Shown here piece after piece: positions 1-9,263 of a DNA stretch of 64,000 nt. Each line of letters starts with the position of its first letter. Position 1 is the first letter of the stretch. The notes under the pieces are model-generated. The model made no database searches. It was not told the DNA's origin and was given only the letters and a program-made list of their open reading frames with translations. Source of the stretch: Firmicutes bacterium UBA3576 (GTDB taxonomy: Bacteria > Bacillota > Sulfobacillia > UBA3569). Location: contig DFND01000043.1 of assembly GCA_002375895.1 (NCBI GenBank), positions 4,033 through 68,032 of the forward strand. The letters are read 5' to 3'. The position numbers and the translations under genes are program-made.

Positions 1-1
1 C

Positions 2-877
2 GCCGACGACCCCCTGGTGGCCCACCTCGGCAGCTCGTCGCCGCAGGCCCTCTACTACGGCCTGGAGAGCGACTATCCCGGACTCGAGGAGCCGCAGCAC
101 GCTGCCGACGCCAAGTTCTGCGCCCGCTGCGGCAGCCCCTACCGTTACACCGCCTTGTATTACGCCCATCTCGGAAAGTACCGGTGTGAGCAGTGCGGCG
201 ATGAACGTCCGAGCCCGCACGTCTTCCTCAGAGACCTGGTTCGGCTGGGCCCCTACGGGTCGCGGCTGGAGATCGTCGTGCCGTCGGGGGAGGTCCTGGG
301 CGTAGAGCTCAGGGTGCCCGGCCTGTACAACGTCTACAACGCCCTGGCTGCGGCCTCAGTCGGGGTGGCCCTGGGCGTGCCGCCGGCCCAGATAGAGGAG
401 GGCCTGGGGGGGTTCTCGAGCTCCTTCGGACGCATGGAATCCATAACCATCGATGGCGTCACCGCCTTCATGACCCTGGTTAAGAACCCCGTGGGTTTCA
501 ACGAGGTCATCCGGACGGTCCTCGAGGACGACGGGGACAAGCCACTGGTCATAGCCATCAACGACAAGTTCGCGGACGGCACCGACGTCTCCTGGCTGTG
601 GGACGTCGACTTCGAGAGGCTTGCCCGCAGCGAGGCGGAGATCCCCTTCGTCGTCTGCAGCGGGATCAGGGCCGAGGACATGGCCGTCCGACTCAAGTAC
701 GCCGGCATGCCGCCGGACAAGCTGTTGATCCGGAAGGACCTGGGTCAGGCCCTGGAGGAGGCCCTGCGACGGACGGCGAGCGGCACCCTGTACCTGATGC
801 CCACGTATACCGCGATGCTGGAGATGAGGGAGCTCCTGCAGAGGAAGGGGTACGTGCGGCATTTCTGGGAGGCATAG
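2..877 (+). CDS. murT: Lipid II isoglutaminyl synthase subunit MurT, C-terminal part; the 5' end lies upstream of the window
   Basis: Mur-ligase C-terminal/DUF1727-like sequence (GLYNVYNALAAASVGVALG...VIAINDKFADGTDVSWLWDVDFE). GatD follows immediately. The ORF is open to window position 2. Confidence 0.8.
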   Translation, partial: ADDPLVAHLGSSSPQALYYGLESDYPGLEEPQHAADAKFCARCGSPYRYTALYYAHLGKYRCEQCGDERPSPHVFLRDLVRLGPYGSRLEIVVPSGEVLGVELRVPGLYNVYNALAAASVGVALGVPPAQIEEGLGGFSSSFGRMESITIDGVTAFMTLVKNPVGFNEVIRTVLEDDGDKPLVIAINDKFADGTDVSWLWDVDFERLARSEAEIPFVVCSGIRAEDMAVRLKYAGMPPDKLLIRKDLGQALEEALRRTASGTLYLMPTYTAMLEMRELLQRKGYVRHFWEA

Positions 878-878
878 T

Positions 879-1637
879 ATGAGAGACGCCAAGCGGACCA
901 TCGAAATCTGCCACCTGTACCCGGACCTGATGAACCTATACGGTGACCGCGGCAACGTCATCGCCCTAGCACGCCGCGCCGCCTGGCACGGCCTGACGGT
1001 TCAGCTGTCCCACGTTTCCGTGGGCTCACCTGTGGACTTCCGGCGATATGACATCCTCTTCATCGGCGGCGGTCAGGACCGGGAGCAGCGGATCATCTGC
1101 CGGGATTTCCAGGAGGCCAAGGGCTCTTCCCTCGCCGAGGCCGTGGAGGACGGGGTCGTGCTCTTGGCCATCTGCGGGGGCTACCAGCTGCTGGGCGAGT
1201 ATTATCAGACCTCAACGGGCGAGAGGCTGCCCGGGATCGGAGTCCTCGACGTATACACTGAGGCCGGCGACGGCCGGATGATCGGCAACGTGGTGGTGGA
1301 GTCGACGCTCGCCGGGGAGCCACGCACGCTGGTCGGGTTCGAGAACCACTCGGGCCGCACCTACCTGGGGCCCGGGGTGCAGCCCCTGGGCAGGGTGAAG
1401 GTGGGCGGGGGGAACAACGGCCAGGACGGGACTGAGGGCGCCGTGTACCGGAACGTGATCGGGACCTACCTCCACGGGTCGCTCCTGCCCAAGAACCCCT
1501 GGCTCACGGACTACCTCATCGCCCGGGCTCTCGAGCGACGTTACGGGTCAGCAGAGCTCAGGACCCTTGACGACGACATCGAGCTGCTGGCCCATAACGC
1601 GGCCATTAGGAGGGCGATGAGCCGGCCCGGGGTCTGA
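879..1637 (+). CDS. gatD: Lipid II isoglutaminyl synthase glutaminase subunit GatD (CobB/CobQ-like glutamine amidotransferase)
   Basis: ICGGYQLLG nucleophile-Cys motif; the His...E pair is present; start is 1 nt after the murT stop with RBS GGAGG; 252 aa. Confidence 0.85.
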   Translation: MRDAKRTIEICHLYPDLMNLYGDRGNVIALARRAAWHGLTVQLSHVSVGSPVDFRRYDILFIGGGQDREQRIICRDFQEAKGSSLAEAVEDGVVLLAICGGYQLLGEYYQTSTGERLPGIGVLDVYTEAGDGRMIGNVVVESTLAGEPRTLVGFENHSGRTYLGPGVQPLGRVKVGGGNNGQDGTEGAVYRNVIGTYLHGSLLPKNPWLTDYLIARALERRYGSAELRTLDDDIELLAHNAAIRRAMSRPGV

Positions 1638-1704
1638 GCCGTCAAGCTGTGGCCTTCACGGTGTCGGTAATTTGTGGTAGACTAGCGACTGAGAGAGAAG
1701 GGGA

Positions 1705-2655
1705 GTGAGGGTAGTGGCCGTGATGGACCTATATGACGTGACTGTAATCGGAGCTGGTCCGGCGGGCCTGTCGGCGGCGCTCTATGCCGCGCGGGCGAGG
1801 TTGAAGACGTTGGTGTTGGACAAGATGGGCCCCGGAGGTACCATCGCCAACGTGGATTTCCTCGAGAATTACCCGGGCTTTGCCCAAGGCATCACGGGGC
1901 CTGAGCTTGGGGTGGCCATGCAGCAGCAGGCGGAGAAATTCGGGGCGGAGTTCGCCTTCCGTGAGGTCCAGGGTGTGAGAAGGGGCGAGGACGACCTCCT
2001 GTTGCTGGCGACCGCGGAGGGCGACATCAGCAGCAGGACAGTCATCGTCGCCACCGGCTCCGAGCCCCGCAAGCTCGGGGTGCCGGGGGAGGGGGAGTTC
2101 ACGGGCCGTGGCGTATCCTACTGCGCCACCTGCGACGGCGCCTTTTACAGGGACAAGAGGGTCGTGGTGGTGGGCGGAGGAGACTCGGCCATAACGGAGG
2201 CCCTGTTTCTCACCAGGTTCGCCTCACGCGTGATCGTCGTACATCGCCGTGACCAGTTGCGCGCCACCAAGGTCCTGCAGGACCGGGCCTTCGCCAATGA
2301 CAAGATAGACTTCGAGTGGAACGCGGTGGTCAAGTCGGTCCTCGGAGAGGACAAGGTGGAGCGCGTTCTCCTCGGGGACGTCAGGGACGGTACGGAGAGG
2401 GAGGTAGCCTGTGACGGCGTCTTCGTGTACATAGGTAACGACCCCAATACCGCCTTCCTGCGCGGTAGCGGCGTCGACCTCGACGACCGGGGGTACATCC
2501 CCACCGACGAGAGGATGAGGAGCAACATCCCCGGGCTCTGGGCCGCGGGGGACGTGCGAGCCAAGAGCCTGCGTCAGGTGGTTACTGCGGTGGCCGACGG
2601 CGCCGTGGCCGCCGTGGACGCCGAGGAGTACATCAGCCAGCGCTGGGGGCACTGA
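1705..2655 (+). CDS. trxB: Thioredoxin-disulfide reductase
   Basis: FAD site GAGPAG, redox CATCDG motif, NADPH site GGGDSA; about 310 aa. Exact start is ambiguous (GTG 1705, GTG 1714 or ATG 1723). Confidence 0.9.
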   Translation: MRVVAVMDLYDVTVIGAGPAGLSAALYAARARLKTLVLDKMGPGGTIANVDFLENYPGFAQGITGPELGVAMQQQAEKFGAEFAFREVQGVRRGEDDLLLLATAEGDISSRTVIVATGSEPRKLGVPGEGEFTGRGVSYCATCDGAFYRDKRVVVVGGGDSAITEALFLTRFASRVIVVHRRDQLRATKVLQDRAFANDKIDFEWNAVVKSVLGEDKVERVLLGDVRDGTEREVACDGVFVYIGNDPNTAFLRGSGVDLDDRGYIPTDERMRSNIPGLWAAGDVRAKSLRQVVTAVADGAVAAVDAEEYISQRWGH

Positions 2656-2671
2656 GAGAGGAGGCCTGGAG

Positions 2672-3136
2672 ATGAAGGCTGGGGAAGTGATGAAGCGCGA
2701 AGTCCGCTGTGTATACCCCCGGGACAAGGTCCTCAAGGTGGTGAACCTCTTCAGCGAGACGGGGTTCAGCGGGTTCCCGGTGGTCAGGGAGGAGGACGGC
2801 GTCCTGGTGGGCGTCATCAGCGAGTCCGACGTCCTGAGAGACATGGCCAGGGTCGTGGAGGGCCGGCATGACGTCACCGAGGAGCTCGTCGGGGGGATGA
2901 TCTGGGAGATCATCGAGGAGCTGGATCCCAAGCGGTTCGATGAGGTGGTCGTGGAGGAGATCATGACCCGGGACGTGCTCACGGTGTCGCCGGATGCCGA
3001 CGTCTTCGCGGTCGCGGACATCATGGCCGCCAACAACGTGAACAGGATCCCCGTGGTGGATGAGGAGCGCAAGGTGGTCGGGATCATCACCCGCAGGGAC
3101 CTCATCGCCGCCATGGCCCGACGGCTGACGTCGTGA
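2672..3136 (+). CDS. CBS-pair domain protein
   Basis: Two CBS repeats (GFPVV..., NRIPVVDEERKVVGIITRRDLI); 154 aa. Confidence 0.75.
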   Translation: MKAGEVMKREVRCVYPRDKVLKVVNLFSETGFSGFPVVREEDGVLVGVISESDVLRDMARVVEGRHDVTEELVGGMIWEIIEELDPKRFDEVVVEEIMTRDVLTVSPDADVFAVADIMAANNVNRIPVVDEERKVVGIITRRDLIAAMARRLTS

Positions 3137-3963
3137 CCCTCCGAGGGGAGGCCGAGGGCCGGATGTTGATCGACTATCACGTGCATCTGGAACGGGGGCC
3201 CTACGAGCTCGAGTGGTTGGAGCAATTCGTGCAGGCGGCGCGGAATAGGGGTGTCAAGGAGATAGGGGTCGTGGAACACGCCTATCGGTTTCAGGAGGCC
3301 GCCGACCTCCTGCCGGAGGATTGGCCGGCCGACCGCGCTGAGCTGCCGGTGGCCTCTTACGTGGATTTCATGCTCATGGCCCGGGGCAAGGGGCTCCCGG
3401 TTAGGCTCGGTATCGAGGTGGATTTCGTGCCCGGCCGCGAGGAGGCCACGGCCGCCTTCCTACGCCAGTATCCCTTCGATTTCGTGCTGGGAGCGGTCCA
3501 CTACCTGGACGGATGGGGGTTCGATAACCCCCTCTTCGAGGGGGAGTGGGCCGCCAAGGACGTGGACGAGGTCTACCGCCAGTACATAGACACCGTGGCC
3601 CGCGCCGTGAGGAGCGGCCTCTTTGACGTGTTGGCCCACCCTGACGTCATCAAGATCTTCGGCCACAGGCCGAGCCGGCCCGCGGATTGGAGCGGGTTGG
3701 TCAGGGCGCTCGCGCAGACGGGCACGGCCCTCGAGGTCAGTTCAGCCGGCCTCCGCAAGCCGGTCCGAGAGGCCTATCCTGAGAGGGGCCTCTTGAAGGC
3801 CTGCTTTGCCGCCGGGGTGCCCATCACCCTGGCCTCCGATGCCCACGAGCCGGAGGAGGCCGGTCAGGGAATTGAGGAGGTCGCCTTCCTGGCCAAGGAG
3901 GCCGGCTACCGCAAGATAACCAGGTTCTTCGCCCGCCGGGCTGAGGAGGTGCCCATGACATAG
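3133..3963 (+). CDS. PHP-family histidinol-phosphatase-like hydrolase (HisJ/HisK type)
   Basis: DYHVHLE N-terminal PHP motif; the later His/Asp metal ligands are present (EHAY..., AHPD, SDAH). The likely true start is ATG 3163 (MLIDYHVH). Confidence 0.8.
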   Translation: MTLRGEAEGRMLIDYHVHLERGPYELEWLEQFVQAARNRGVKEIGVVEHAYRFQEAADLLPEDWPADRAELPVASYVDFMLMARGKGLPVRLGIEVDFVPGREEATAAFLRQYPFDFVLGAVHYLDGWGFDNPLFEGEWAAKDVDEVYRQYIDTVARAVRSGLFDVLAHPDVIKIFGHRPSRPADWSGLVRALAQTGTALEVSSAGLRKPVREAYPERGLLKACFAAGVPITLASDAHEPEEAGQGIEEVAFLAKEAGYRKITRFFARRAEEVPMT

Positions 3964-3966
3964 GGG

Positions 3967-4290
3967 GTGCTGGAGTTGTCCGATGAGGAGAAGGTGGAGG
4001 GTATATCTCTAGCGTCGCTGGACTCTCTGGCGCTGCTTCAGACTTTCATCGGAGCCCTGGCCAGCAAGGCCTGGGTGACCATGGGGCTGATGCCGGGGAC
4101 GGAGGGAGAGGTCGAAGCCGATCTCGAACAGGCCCGCATCGCCATCGACGGGGTGGCGGCCCTGGCCGACGTCGTGGAGAGACATACCGATGACACCAAG
4201 GCCAAGGGGGAGCTCCGCGACCTCGTCGCCACGTTGCGCATGAACTACGTCACGCAGTCAGGCCGCGATGTTGAGAAGGGCGAGGGATAA
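3967..4290 (+). CDS. DUF1844 family protein
   Basis: Characteristic small acidic protein (LLQTFIGALASKAWVTMGLMP...); 107 aa. Confidence 0.6.
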   Translation: MLELSDEEKVEGISLASLDSLALLQTFIGALASKAWVTMGLMPGTEGEVEADLEQARIAIDGVAALADVVERHTDDTKAKGELRDLVATLRMNYVTQSGRDVEKGEG

Positions 4291-4337
4291 CAGGGCGTCA
4301 CGGCAGGTGGGGATACTATCTCCGGAGGTGACCCGCC

Positions 4338-4832
4338 ATGCCGTCTGCAGTCCTGGTTGGGCGCGAGGCGCCCGATTTTTCCTTACCGGGTGATAGCGGG
4401 AAGGAGGTAACCCTCAGGGACCTCAGGGGGAGAAACGTGGTCCTGTTCTTCTACTCGCTGAGCTGGACGGAGGCAGCCGAGGCTGAGCTCAGGAGCCTGG
4501 CGGAGGTCTGCCGCGACCTGGAGGGCCTCGATTGCGAGGTTCTGGCCATCAGCGTGGACAGCAGTCCCTGTCAGCGGGCCTATAAAGCCCAGCTCGGTGT
4601 TGACCTGCAGCTGCTGAGCGATTTCCAACGGGAGGTCAGCGGGCTCTACGGGGTCCTCAACGAGGAGACGGGTTACTCCCAGGCCGCCACCTTTATCGTT
4701 GACAGGGAGGGAACGGTGCGGTTTCAGCTGGTCAACGACGGCTGTCTCGTCCGGGACCCCGAGGAGCTGCTTCATATCGTGCGGGAACTTGAGAGGAACC
4801 GGAGAAGTGGCAGGAGAGAGATCAAGACGTGA
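4338..4832 (+). CDS. AhpC/TSA (peroxiredoxin-fold) family protein lacking the canonical peroxidatic Cys
   Basis: Thioredoxin-fold Prx-like layout (VVLFFYSLSWTEAAE...ISVDS), but the FYPLDFTFVCPTE motif is replaced by FYSLSWTEAAE (Cys to Ala). Confidence 0.65.
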   Translation: MPSAVLVGREAPDFSLPGDSGKEVTLRDLRGRNVVLFFYSLSWTEAAEAELRSLAEVCRDLEGLDCEVLAISVDSSPCQRAYKAQLGVDLQLLSDFQREVSGLYGVLNEETGYSQAATFIVDREGTVRFQLVNDGCLVRDPEELLHIVRELERNRRSGRREIKT

Positions 4833-4850
4833 GGTATCAGAGTAAGACCC

Positions 4851-6587
4851 ATGAGAGACGCAGACCTACTCAGAAGAACGCTTGGGCGCATAGACGGTCG
4901 GGGTTACAAAGCTTACAAGGACATTCAGGGGGTTTATGACTTCCCGGGGTACACCCTGTTCGTGGATCACGTTCAGGGGGATCCCTTCGCGGCGCCCTCG
5001 CGGCTGAGGGTGAGGGTTCCGGCGGCGAGGGCCGGGTTCCCCGCCGAGCTGTTCTCGGTCGATGTCCGGCGGGTGGCCGTGGAGGACTATCTGACCCGGG
5101 CCTTTGCCGCCGCCATATCCAGGTTCGCGAGGGGTCATCGCGGCTCCGGGAAGAGCGGCATCATCGCCGTGGACCGCCCGGGGCAGGAGATCTTGGAACG
5201 GACCTCGGCGGTGGTAACGGAGAGTTGGGTTGAGATCAGGTTCGTCATGGGCCTGCCGGCTGCCGGGAGAAGGGTCCTCGGCCAAGAGGCCGTGCGCATG
5301 TTCTACGACGAGCTCCCCAGGATCGTCGAGGCGGCGCTGCTCTACCGCAGCCTCGACGCCGCGGCCCTCAGGCGGCATGTCGATGTAGCCGAAGACCAGG
5401 AGCACCTGCGGGGCCAGCTGCGGGAGATGGGCCTGGTGGCCTTCGTGGCCGACGGTGCTGTGCTACCCCGGGAGAGCGGTGTCAGCGACAGGCCCCTCAG
5501 GGGTCCAAAGGTGGTCCCCTTCCGGTCCCCGGCGGAGCTCCGGGTGACGGTGAGGCTCCCCCACGCCGGGGAGGTCACCGGCATGGGGGTTCCAGCTGGG
5601 GTCACGCTGATCGTCGGGGGAGGGTATCACGGCAAGTCCACCCTGCTCAGGGCCCTAGAACGCGGGATCTATAACCACATCCCCGGTGACGGTCGTGAGC
5701 TGGTGGTCACCGTGCAGGACGCGGTGAAGATCCGGGCCGAGGACGGTCGTCGGGTAGAACAGGTGGATATCAGCCCCTTTATCAATAACCTCCCGGGCGG
5801 CCAGGACACCAGGGCCTTCAGCACCGAACAGGCGAGCGGCAGCACCTCGCAGGCGGCGAACATTATCGAGGCCCTGGAGCTGGGAGCGGGTGTGTTGCTC
5901 CTCGACGAGGATACCAGCGCCACCAACTTCATGATCCGGGACCGCAGGATGCAGGAGCTGGTGGCCAAGAGCCGAGAGCCCATCACCCCCTTTATCGATA
6001 AGGTCGGGCAGCTGTACAGGGAGAGAGGGGTGTCCACCATCCTGGTCGTCGGGGGCTCCGGCGACTACTTCGACGTGGCCGACACGGTGATCATGATGGA
6101 CAACTACGTCCCACAGGATGTGACCGCGCGGGCGCGGGAGATCGCCAAGAGGTTCGGCCAGGGCCGCCAAGCCGAGGGGGGCGGCAGCTTCGGCCCGGTG
6201 ACCCCCCGTAGCCCCCTGGGCGAGAGCCTGAACCCCAGGCGGGGCCGCAGGGAGAAGGTCAAGATAGCCGCCCGCGGCCTGCATACCATCACCTTCGGCA
6301 GCGAGAACATCGACCTCTCAGCCGTGGAACAGCTGGTGGACGAGAGCCAGACCCGTACCATTGGGGACGCTCTTTACTACGCGGCCACCAGATACTTCGA
6401 CAGCAGGACCACCTTGAGGGAGGCGCTGGAGAAGGTCATGGGGGATATACGCAGAGGGGGGTTGGACGTCCTCTCCCCCTTCCGCGGGCAGAACCCGGGC
6501 GACTATGCCATGGTCCGCATCTTCGAGCTGGGCGCGGCCGTCAACAGGCTCAGGAGCCTGAAGGTGAGGCAGCGGCATGAAGGTTAG
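4851..6587 (+). CDS. Predicted ABC-class ATPase (COG3044 / ABC_ATPase family)
   Basis: 578 aa. Walker A-like GGGYHGKST, conserved LLDEDTSATNFMIRD and VVGGSGDYFDVAD blocks typical of this family. Confidence 0.75.
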   Translation: MRDADLLRRTLGRIDGRGYKAYKDIQGVYDFPGYTLFVDHVQGDPFAAPSRLRVRVPAARAGFPAELFSVDVRRVAVEDYLTRAFAAAISRFARGHRGSGKSGIIAVDRPGQEILERTSAVVTESWVEIRFVMGLPAAGRRVLGQEAVRMFYDELPRIVEAALLYRSLDAAALRRHVDVAEDQEHLRGQLREMGLVAFVADGAVLPRESGVSDRPLRGPKVVPFRSPAELRVTVRLPHAGEVTGMGVPAGVTLIVGGGYHGKSTLLRALERGIYNHIPGDGRELVVTVQDAVKIRAEDGRRVEQVDISPFINNLPGGQDTRAFSTEQASGSTSQAANIIEALELGAGVLLLDEDTSATNFMIRDRRMQELVAKSREPITPFIDKVGQLYRERGVSTILVVGGSGDYFDVADTVIMMDNYVPQDVTARAREIAKRFGQGRQAEGGGSFGPVTPRSPLGESLNPRRGRREKVKIAARGLHTITFGSENIDLSAVEQLVDESQTRTIGDALYYAATRYFDSRTTLREALEKVMGDIRRGGLDVLSPFRGQNPGDYAMVRIFELGAAVNRLRSLKVRQRHEG

Positions 6588-7281
6588 ATTCTCAGCGGCG
6601 AAGGTGCCTCGCTGGGGGCACCGTGAGAGCGGCGACACCCTGGAGGTCATAGAGCGGTCCCGGGGCGGCTTCTCGGTGGTGATGGCCGACGGCCAGGGCT
6701 CCGGTGCGTCCGCCAAGCGGATCAGCAACCTGGTTGCCAAGAAGGCGGTATCCCTCCTCGGGGAGGGCACCAGGGACGGCGCCGTGGCCCGGGCCGTTCA
6801 CGATTATCTTCACGCGGTGAAGGACGGGAAAGTCCTCTCCACGCTGACGATCATATCGGTGGACCTCATGACGGGCACCCTGCTGGCGTCGCGGAACGGT
6901 AACGCGGTAGTAGTGGTCATACCCGGACCGGGACGAGAGCCCGATTACCTGGACGAGAGGGTGGAGCCCATAGGGGTGCACAACTTCATGAGGCCTACCA
7001 TCCGGGAGTACAGGCTGCAGCGGGGCCTGGCGGTGGTGGCCTTCACCGACGGCATATCGGCGGCGGGGAGGAGCTCCGGCTCCTACAGCCCGCGCTGGCC
7101 CCTCGCCTTCCTGCTCCGCAGGGGGAAGATCTCCACCGACCTGGCTGAGGAGCTGCTACACGAGGCGGTGAACCGGGACGGCGGAAAGCCGGCCGACGAT
7201 ATGACGGTCCTCAGCATGGTGGTTGAGGAGGATGACGGCGAGGACACGGTACGACGCCTGTCCCTTTCCTACCCGCTGTGA
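6577..7281 (+). CDS. SpoIIE/PP2C-type serine phosphatase domain protein
   Basis: Metal-binding MADGQGSG motif and FTDGI motif; 234 aa; overlaps the upstream gene by 11 nt. Confidence 0.7.
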   Translation: MKVRFSAAKVPRWGHRESGDTLEVIERSRGGFSVVMADGQGSGASAKRISNLVAKKAVSLLGEGTRDGAVARAVHDYLHAVKDGKVLSTLTIISVDLMTGTLLASRNGNAVVVVIPGPGREPDYLDERVEPIGVHNFMRPTIREYRLQRGLAVVAFTDGISAAGRSSGSYSPRWPLAFLLRRGKISTDLAEELLHEAVNRDGGKPADDMTVLSMVVEEDDGEDTVRRLSLSYPL

Positions 7282-7316
7282 GGAGGGAGCGGCTCTCCGC
7301 GAGGGAGGGAGGCGGC

Positions 7317-7679
7317 ATGAAGATAGCCGTTGTCGGTGTCTGCTGTTCCGGCAAGACGACCCTCGTTGAGGGGCTCAGGTCGCAGGGCTACGATGCCTAC
7401 AGCGTGGCTCAGGAGCACTCGGGGGCGAAGTCCATGTGGGCGCGCCGGCGCCCGGACGTCCTGGTGGTCCTCGACTGTGAATACGAGACCGTGCGTAAGA
7501 GGCGCTCAGTCCCCTGGGGCCCACAGTACTTGAGAGAACAGAGGTACCGGTTGAGGCACGCCCGTGAGCACTGTGACCTGTATATCAAGACGGACCACAT
7601 GACGCCGCAGGAGGTCCTCAAGACGGTCCTAGAGGAGATCGGAGGGAGCCGCCATGTCCATAACGGTGAAGAACGTTAA
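7317..7679 (+). CDS. Small P-loop NTPase (kinase-like)
   Basis: Walker A GVCCSGKTT directly after Met; strong RBS GGGAGGGAGG before ATG 7317. The ORF-track start at 7278 overlaps the previous gene. Confidence 0.6.
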   Translation: MKIAVVGVCCSGKTTLVEGLRSQGYDAYSVAQEHSGAKSMWARRRPDVLVVLDCEYETVRKRRSVPWGPQYLREQRYRLRHAREHCDLYIKTDHMTPQEVLKTVLEEIGGSRHVHNGEER

Positions 7680-8316
7680 GGCCGACCCGGAGGTCAGGAT
7701 ATATATTCAGCGAGGACACGAACATCTCGGGGCCGTGGGGTTCACGGAACACGGCTTTCGGCACGCCAACCTGGTGTCGGATATAGCGAGGAATATCATG
7801 CTCAGGCTCGGGCACGACGACAGAGCGGCGGAGCTGGCGGCCATCGCCGGCTACTTGCACGACATGGGCAACGTCGTGAGTAGATACGCCCACGGGCAGT
7901 CGGGGGCCATCCTCGCCTGGCACATCTTGCGGAGGCTGGGCATGCCCCCCGCGGAGGTCGCCGAGGTGATCGCCGCCATCGGTAACCACGAGGAGGAGTA
8001 CGGCCAGCCCGTCAACGATGTCGCCGCTGCGCTGATCCTAGCCGACAAGTCCGACGTCCACCGGTCGCGGGTTCGCAACCCCGAGAAGTCCAGCTTCGAC
8101 ATCCACGACCGGGTGAACTACGCCGTGGAGCGTAGTTTCGTAAGGGTGGACGGCGAGGCGAGGCTGGTGTGCCTTGAGCTCACCATCGATACCAAGATAT
8201 CGCCGGTGATGGACTACTTTGAGATATTCCTCTCGCGCATGGTCATGTGCCGGAGGGCCGCCAAGAGGCTAAAGGCCCTGTTCTCGTTGGTGATCAACGA
8301 CGTGAAGTTGCTTTGA
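7654..8316 (+). CDS. HD-domain phosphohydrolase
   Basis: H...HD motif (FRHANLV...YLHDMGN) and conserved downstream His residues; 220 aa; overlaps the previous gene. Confidence 0.75.
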   Translation: MSITVKNVKADPEVRIYIQRGHEHLGAVGFTEHGFRHANLVSDIARNIMLRLGHDDRAAELAAIAGYLHDMGNVVSRYAHGQSGAILAWHILRRLGMPPAEVAEVIAAIGNHEEEYGQPVNDVAAALILADKSDVHRSRVRNPEKSSFDIHDRVNYAVERSFVRVDGEARLVCLELTIDTKISPVMDYFEIFLSRMVMCRRAAKRLKALFSLVINDVKLL

Positions 8317-9245
8317 ACCTGGGGTCCCGGTTGTTGACGCGGAAAAGGCTACTCCCTTTAGATTCCGAGGCTACGCCTACGGGTCGACGCCACGTGCTCA
8401 AAGTCAGGCCGGGCTCCGTTGCAGGGCATGGGTGAATGACTAACCCCGGCACGAGCAAGCCTTATATTCTTACCAGCGGGCCGTAGGACACCCAGCCGGC
8501 AGAAACTGGCGCGATATCACTATGACCGTGATGGAATATCACAGGATGGGTGAGCAGCAGGGAGTGATGTTTTCTTCGGATCCACCACTGGGACGGTTAA
8601 ACCGGCGAAGTCAACGAAATCTTTCTCACCGGCCCGGTACCTTTGGCGCAGGACAACATCCAGCTTACCGCACCACCGTATTCAGGCCATAGAAGCTGTA
8701 ATACCCAATGCCAGCCAGGCTCGGGCCGTGTGCGCCGGCGCCCGCTGTTACCGGGGTATAGCCGAGTTCAGTAGGCAACGGCTAAGATGTTCCCGCAGCC
8801 TCGGCCCGCTTAACAGGTCGCTAACGGTGCTATGAGATATCGATAGACGCCGGGCAATCAGGCGAACCCCAGGCCCAGGTCCCAACGTAACCGTAGCACT
8901 CCTTTATCTTCCGCATGGATAACCTCCTCTTGGCCATGACCTCCTGCCACCTTTCTGGGCATTTCCCCAACCCTTTCGGTGCTAGGAGGGCCATCCCTCT
9001 TGATGGGTTATCCAGCGCCGCTTCGTCGCCGGGCCAGGGTGGTCGGCTATTTCCGGAATGGGTGGTCGATTTGGTCCGGAATCCGCGCGGATCCCGACCC
9101 TGGACCTTTGCAGGGCGCACTACCCATACTTTACATCCTCCAAATGGTTGACCTGAATTATGGACCGATATATAATGTGAGAGCGCGGCAAGCCTCACAG
9201 GCTGTTCGAGGCCCGTACAGGACCTCGCTTTATTGATAACTCAAT

Positions 9246-9263
9246 TTGTGAAAAAAATCACAA
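9246..9263 (+). promoter_or_regulatory. Rex (redox-sensing repressor) operator-like site. The promoter elements lie outside this interval: TTGATA at 9232-9237 and TATATAAT near 9165
   Basis: TTGTGAAAAAAATCACAA differs from the Rex consensus TTGTGAAnnnnTTCACAA at one position. It lies about 25 nt upstream of the first gene of the hydrogenase regulatory operon. Confidence 0.6.

Noticed and set aside
2224-3279. Long antisense ORFs in the supplied track opposite well-supported genes (for example 2224-3279 minus, 19768-21333 minus, 20442-21416 minus, 24223-25281 minus, 32407-34035 minus, 51123-53492 minus)
   Set aside because: They lie fully antisense to conserved genes (trxB, secDF, CDF, relA, alaS) and have Pro/Arg/Gly-rich low-complexity translations. 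In a 65% GC genome stop codons are rare, so such shadow ORFs are expected.
8440-8900. Possible RNase P, tmRNA, SRP, cobalamin-riboswitch or group II intron domain V RNA in the long non-coding stretch
   Set aside because: Isolated short matches were seen (GGUGCGGUAAG and GGUAACAG on the reverse strand; CCACUGGGACGG on the forward strand). Their order and spacing do not fit the RNase P P4/P10-12 architecture or the B12 box. No tmRNA tag ORF or GGUUCGAUUCC T-arm is present.
9081-9092. Perfect 12-bp palindrome ATCCGCGCGGAT as a regulator binding site
   Set aside because: A single palindrome in a GC-rich region could arise by chance. There are no repeats of it elsewhere in the window and no adjacent regulator gene. 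It is noted only within the non-coding-region finding.
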